In this document: in pieces, positions 59,905 through 64,000 of the stretch
How the letters are laid out: each line of letters begins with the position of its first letter
Numbering within the stretch: the stretch's first letter is position 1
Assembly (NCBI GenBank): GCA_032718475.1
Contig: JAUCBJ010007524.1
Coordinates: 62,001 to 126,000, forward strand
DNA length: 64,000 nucleotides
Direction: 5' to 3'
Source of the DNA: Nemertoderma westbladi
Lineage: Eukaryota > Animalia > Xenacoelomorpha
Notes under the pieces: model-generated
What the model saw: the letters and a program-made list of their open reading frames with translations, nothing else
Databases searched by the model: none
Told to the model about the DNA's origin: nothing
Program-made: the position numbers and the translations under genes

Positions 59905-60230
59905 CAAGACCAGGTTTAATACTGTAATAGACTCCGTTATCCGTCTCGATCGTTTCGCTATGCACCATCTTACTGGGTTTAATAAACTCCATCGCCTTCC
60001 TGTCGTTCTCTGTTTTGTAGATTACTTCGCCATCGTCTGATCGCTTTGGTTGCGTGTTTAATACTGTAATAGACTCCGTTATCCGTCTCGATCGCTTCGC
60101 TATGCACATCTTACTGGGTTTAATAAACTCAGAAACTCCATCGCCTTCCTGTCGTTCTCTGTTTTGTAGATTACTTCGCCATCATCTGATCGCTTTGGTT
60201 GCGTGTTTAATACTGTAATAGACTCCGCCG
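59905..60230. repeat. Local tandem duplication (~140-150 bp period) in a decayed unknown minus-strand ORF
   Basis: tttaatactgtaatagactccg occurs three times; ESITVLNTQPKRSDDGEVIYKTENDRKAMEF appears twice. Confidence 0.8.
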
Positions 60231-60867
60231 CCATCGTATCGTTCTGGATACATTGAATAGACTCCATCAGTCCATTGTCCATCGCGATCGTTTCATTGTT
60301 ACATTTAATTGACTCCGTCGCCTCCTCGGATTAGGAATCCGGCCGGGTTTCGTAGATTCCGCCATCGTTCAGCAGTTCAGTGTTTTTAATCAAAGCCAGA
60401 ATTCCGGCACCGGCGCCACGATCAACGATTTCGGAAGTAACAGACTCCGTCAACAACACTCGGGGTTTAAAAAATACAACTATCGGGCAACTTGTAACTG
60501 GGCGATCATCTATCTGATGGTTGAAAAAGACTGTCTGACAGTTGGTATCAGACTATCTGATAGTTAGCGCCCCATGGGTAAATCCTTACCCCATGGGCTG
60601 TTACCTCTCTGACTGACAGCGCAACAGCCCCTATAGGTCAACTTGGCCCTTTCTCTGGCTACATGGTATGTCGCATATTCCTACCTACATATTGCACAAT
60701 GGAAGTTTCCCGTGCGGGTTAGTGAGGCTACTTCCCCCCCCCCCCCCCCCCCCCCCCGCTTGTGTAATAGGTTTGGTGCCGACCAAACCTATCATTGCTT
60801 TCTTGGGTTGCCAACATTGAATTGGCTTCCTTCTTGTTGACCGCTTTCCTATATTGCTTATAAACCC

Positions 60868-61200
60868 TCAGTAGCATTTGGGCGCTACCGTAACAGACAC
60901 TTCAAATGGTTCTGTGTCACCGTTAACAGTAGACACAAATTTTGTCGAACCATCGTATACTGATCTGATTGCTGCAATAATTTCATCACGAATCCCATAA
61001 AATGAAAGTATGCTGAACATGCGTGAGTGAGAGATTGAATCAAACGCCTTGATTGAAGAAGTCAACAAAGATAACAGCCTGTCTTTCTTTTTTGATAACT
61101 CTTCAATTATCCTCCTAAGTGCCAAAATGGTCTCCATGGTCCCACGACCTTTACGGAACCCAGTCTGATTTACACAGGTCAGTCCCTCAATGGAACCCTG
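60868..61200 (-). mobile_element. RTE-like LINE RT fragment
   Basis: ILALRRIIEE...KAFDSISH...L..YGI, with NQTGFRKGRGT just upstream. Confidence 0.8.
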
Positions 61201-64000
61201 ATGTGATTTCTAGAAAAGAAGCACTAGATATTGTCTTGAACGCATCTAGTTCATCTCATACGATGAAAATCCTGATTTTATGAAGAATCATTTAGAAACT
61301 ATACTTTGCAGCATGCATTACGCTATATGGTAGCTCTGCATTGAGATGCTATGATGGCTTAACAATAAATTTTGTGCCACCATCATGTAATGTACAATAG
61401 GCTTGCTATAATGCAGCATGCATTACGAAAAATGTATGCCAGCTTGTCAATAAAATTGAACCTCCACAACTATCCCCCATGACATTCACGAGATTATCCG
61501 CATCTTGAAAACAGTCTCCGTTGCTATAGTTAAGGGTCTGTAAAAAAATAATGAAATTTAAGATGGGATTTTTCAGAATGACTACTCAACCAACTGCTTC
61601 AAAAAATCCAACTATGGTTTAGATCGGAATTTGTGGGCAAAAATATATACTCGCTCAGTCTATTATGGGGGATGGTGTATATGATATATATTATATGGAT
61701 TTTATATGATACAATTTCAAGGCGCTATCTGACTGATTGATATTGCTTTTATTCTTAAATTGTCACTTTTTCGCTCGAATATACCCCAAAATCGGAAGAA
61801 AAAGTTTCACTTTTTTCTCTAGGGAAAAAAGTAATCAATAGGAATGCATTGATTTTACTTTTTTTCCCGGCGAAAAAAGTAAAGTAAAATATTTTTGGTG
61901 GAATATTTTAAATGTATTATTTATTATGTATTAAATGTATATCACATGTATTGAAAGAGCATCGACGTAGAAAAGGTTTGAAAGTAATTTGTGCGAAATC
62001 CATTCACCCACTCAAAAGTTATTGCAACTTTAGTGCCTGCGCGGCGTACACCAAAACGGACCTCAATATCCTGTATTGGTTTATGTAGTTTAAGCAGCTC
62101 TCTAGTTACATAATAAATATTCGAGAACACTAAATTAGTTTAGCATTGAGTAAGGCAACATCGAGAGTTGAAGAATGGCCTACTATATACTATTGTTATT
62201 ATTATTATGTTTTATTATGTTGTTGTATTATTGTATATGTGTTGTTGTTATATTATTATGTTTTATTATGTTGTTGTATTATTGTATATGTGTTGTTGTT
62301 ATATTATTATTATGTTACTATTATTATACTATACTATATTGTATATATTAGGCCATGGTTGAAGAATAAAATAATTTGAATCGCAGTAACTATGGAAGAA
62401 ATATAGTAAAATACTACAATTCAATTTATTTTGTAACACTACTGTACTATAGTATATCGCTATGTTTTATTACAGAATTTAGCAACAAAAAAGTACCAAT
62501 TTAAGAATAAAATTACGTATTACATGGGAAAAAACGTGGAACAATTTTTTTTCAATTTTCTCTCGACCCTTTATTAACCTCGCTGATGCTGCACTCGGTA
62601 AATAAAATGCCTCGAGAATAATGAGAAAAAGTTCTACTTTTTTCCCATGTAATAAATAATTATTATTGTATATTGGTTATGGACAGTATAATATGGTATC
62701 AAAGACTTCAGTTCCATCACTACAAAACGTATGTCATGTGACTTATATTCCAGAATAAAAGTCATTAAATAGCAAAAAAGTAGGCTAGAGTTCCGTTTGT
62801 ATCAAGGTGTACTAAATAACCTATAGTTATTTAGTACACCTTGGTTTGTATTAACATTTTCAGTAAAAGTTTTTGATGCATTGCAGGACAAATTTTTATA
62901 CTAATAATAATGTATATGAATGAGTACTTGATCTTGGCAGACCTAGCTCATGAATTTTATGGTAGCTAGTATTTTTTTTAGCTTGCTAGTATTTTTTGAA
63001 AATTAAAAAATAATAAAAATGATAAAAAAAATTAATAATGTTTTTGAGTGTTTTTATTAGATATTGGTAAATGTTCTAGAACCATAGTATATTTTTATAT
63101 ATAGTGTATATAGTGTATGTTTTTATTATATTGGATCTATTGTTTTTTTTACTAGCTAGTAGGCCGCCTATTTTATGAAAATAAAAAAAAATAATTAAAA
63201 TTAATATTATTTTTAAGTGTCTTTTAGATATTGGTGAATGTTCTAAAAACGTAGTAGATATTTTTTTTAATGTACTTAGTGTTACGAAATATGGCGCTGT
63301 GTACCAATATTAGCCGTTATACAGTATAATCATTTAGATAAGCCATAATGACGCGCAATTATATTTAGATAAGGAAACTAAAATGCCCATATTTGTGAAT
63401 TTTATCCATTTTGTACAGTATGTAGTCCTACCTATGTAATTTTGTAATTAAATATAAACAAATAGTTCTACAGTAGCAAGTTTCCTATAAAATCCTTTGA
63501 TGTAAGCTTGCTGTTATTAGTATCAATAGGATTAACTGTATATTTGCTTTAATTTCTATTATATTTGCGCTAAATTAGATTTTATGTACCGTGCTTTAAG
63601 TACCGCTAAAATAAGCAACGCCAATATTACCATATATATGGTGGTAATTTGTGATTCTGAGGGGGAATAGGTTCACAATCCGGCTTCCTTATTGGCCTAG
63701 CTGCTTCCAGGTTGGTCTAATGGTATCGCAGATTGGGGAACCAATCAGAGGATTATTGCATCATCCTCGATGAATCACATATAAATTGGCTGTATTTCCG
63801 GTATGTGCGATCCATAATCTCATTCTCACTGTGTTTCTTAATCAATCTCGATGGTTACTGCAAATTAGAATCCGAACTATGATTTCTACCCTTTTTATTA
63901 ATGGTTCTATGTGATTAAGATGCGATAATCCCACGGGATTTTCTTTAGACTGTCAGACTGTTTGTGATTGCATGCGCCGTTACGGTAGCTATTCATTCTA

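Noticed and set aside
62146-62379. Tyr/Cys-rich ORFs
   Set aside because: Low-complexity TAT/TGT tandem repeat.
61840-62640. Inverted similarity to about 9810-10240 as ends of a giant element
   Set aside because: Patchy, diverged matches, better explained as two old copies of a dispersed repeat.

Overview
Repeat-rich animal (invertebrate-like) genomic DNA. 1-9013 is the right-hand part of a Polinton/Maverick-like DNA element ending in ...CTACTACT. It holds a partial protein-primed PolB, a divergent TATA-binding-protein-like gene, a small C2H2 zinc-finger ORF, an array of tRNA-3'-half/B-box-like repeats, about 3 kb of ORF-free but hairpin-rich sequence, a 528-aa protein with two PC4-like segments, and a fold-back terminus. 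Next come a CRE-type LINE 3' fragment, an intronless host ATE1 gene (11174-12670) and an RT-less BEL/Pao retroelement (17042-21190). 24347-53749 is a head-to-tail array of ten non-autonomous Helitron units whose internal ~146-bp satellite carries a CTCF-consensus motif in most monomers; nested in it are a HINE, a MITE-like palindrome and a 5.7-kb long-TIR element carrying a CR1 LINE. The remainder is decayed Gypsy, BEL, RTE and CRE sequence. All calls are by eye from motifs and base pairing; no searches or folding programs were run.
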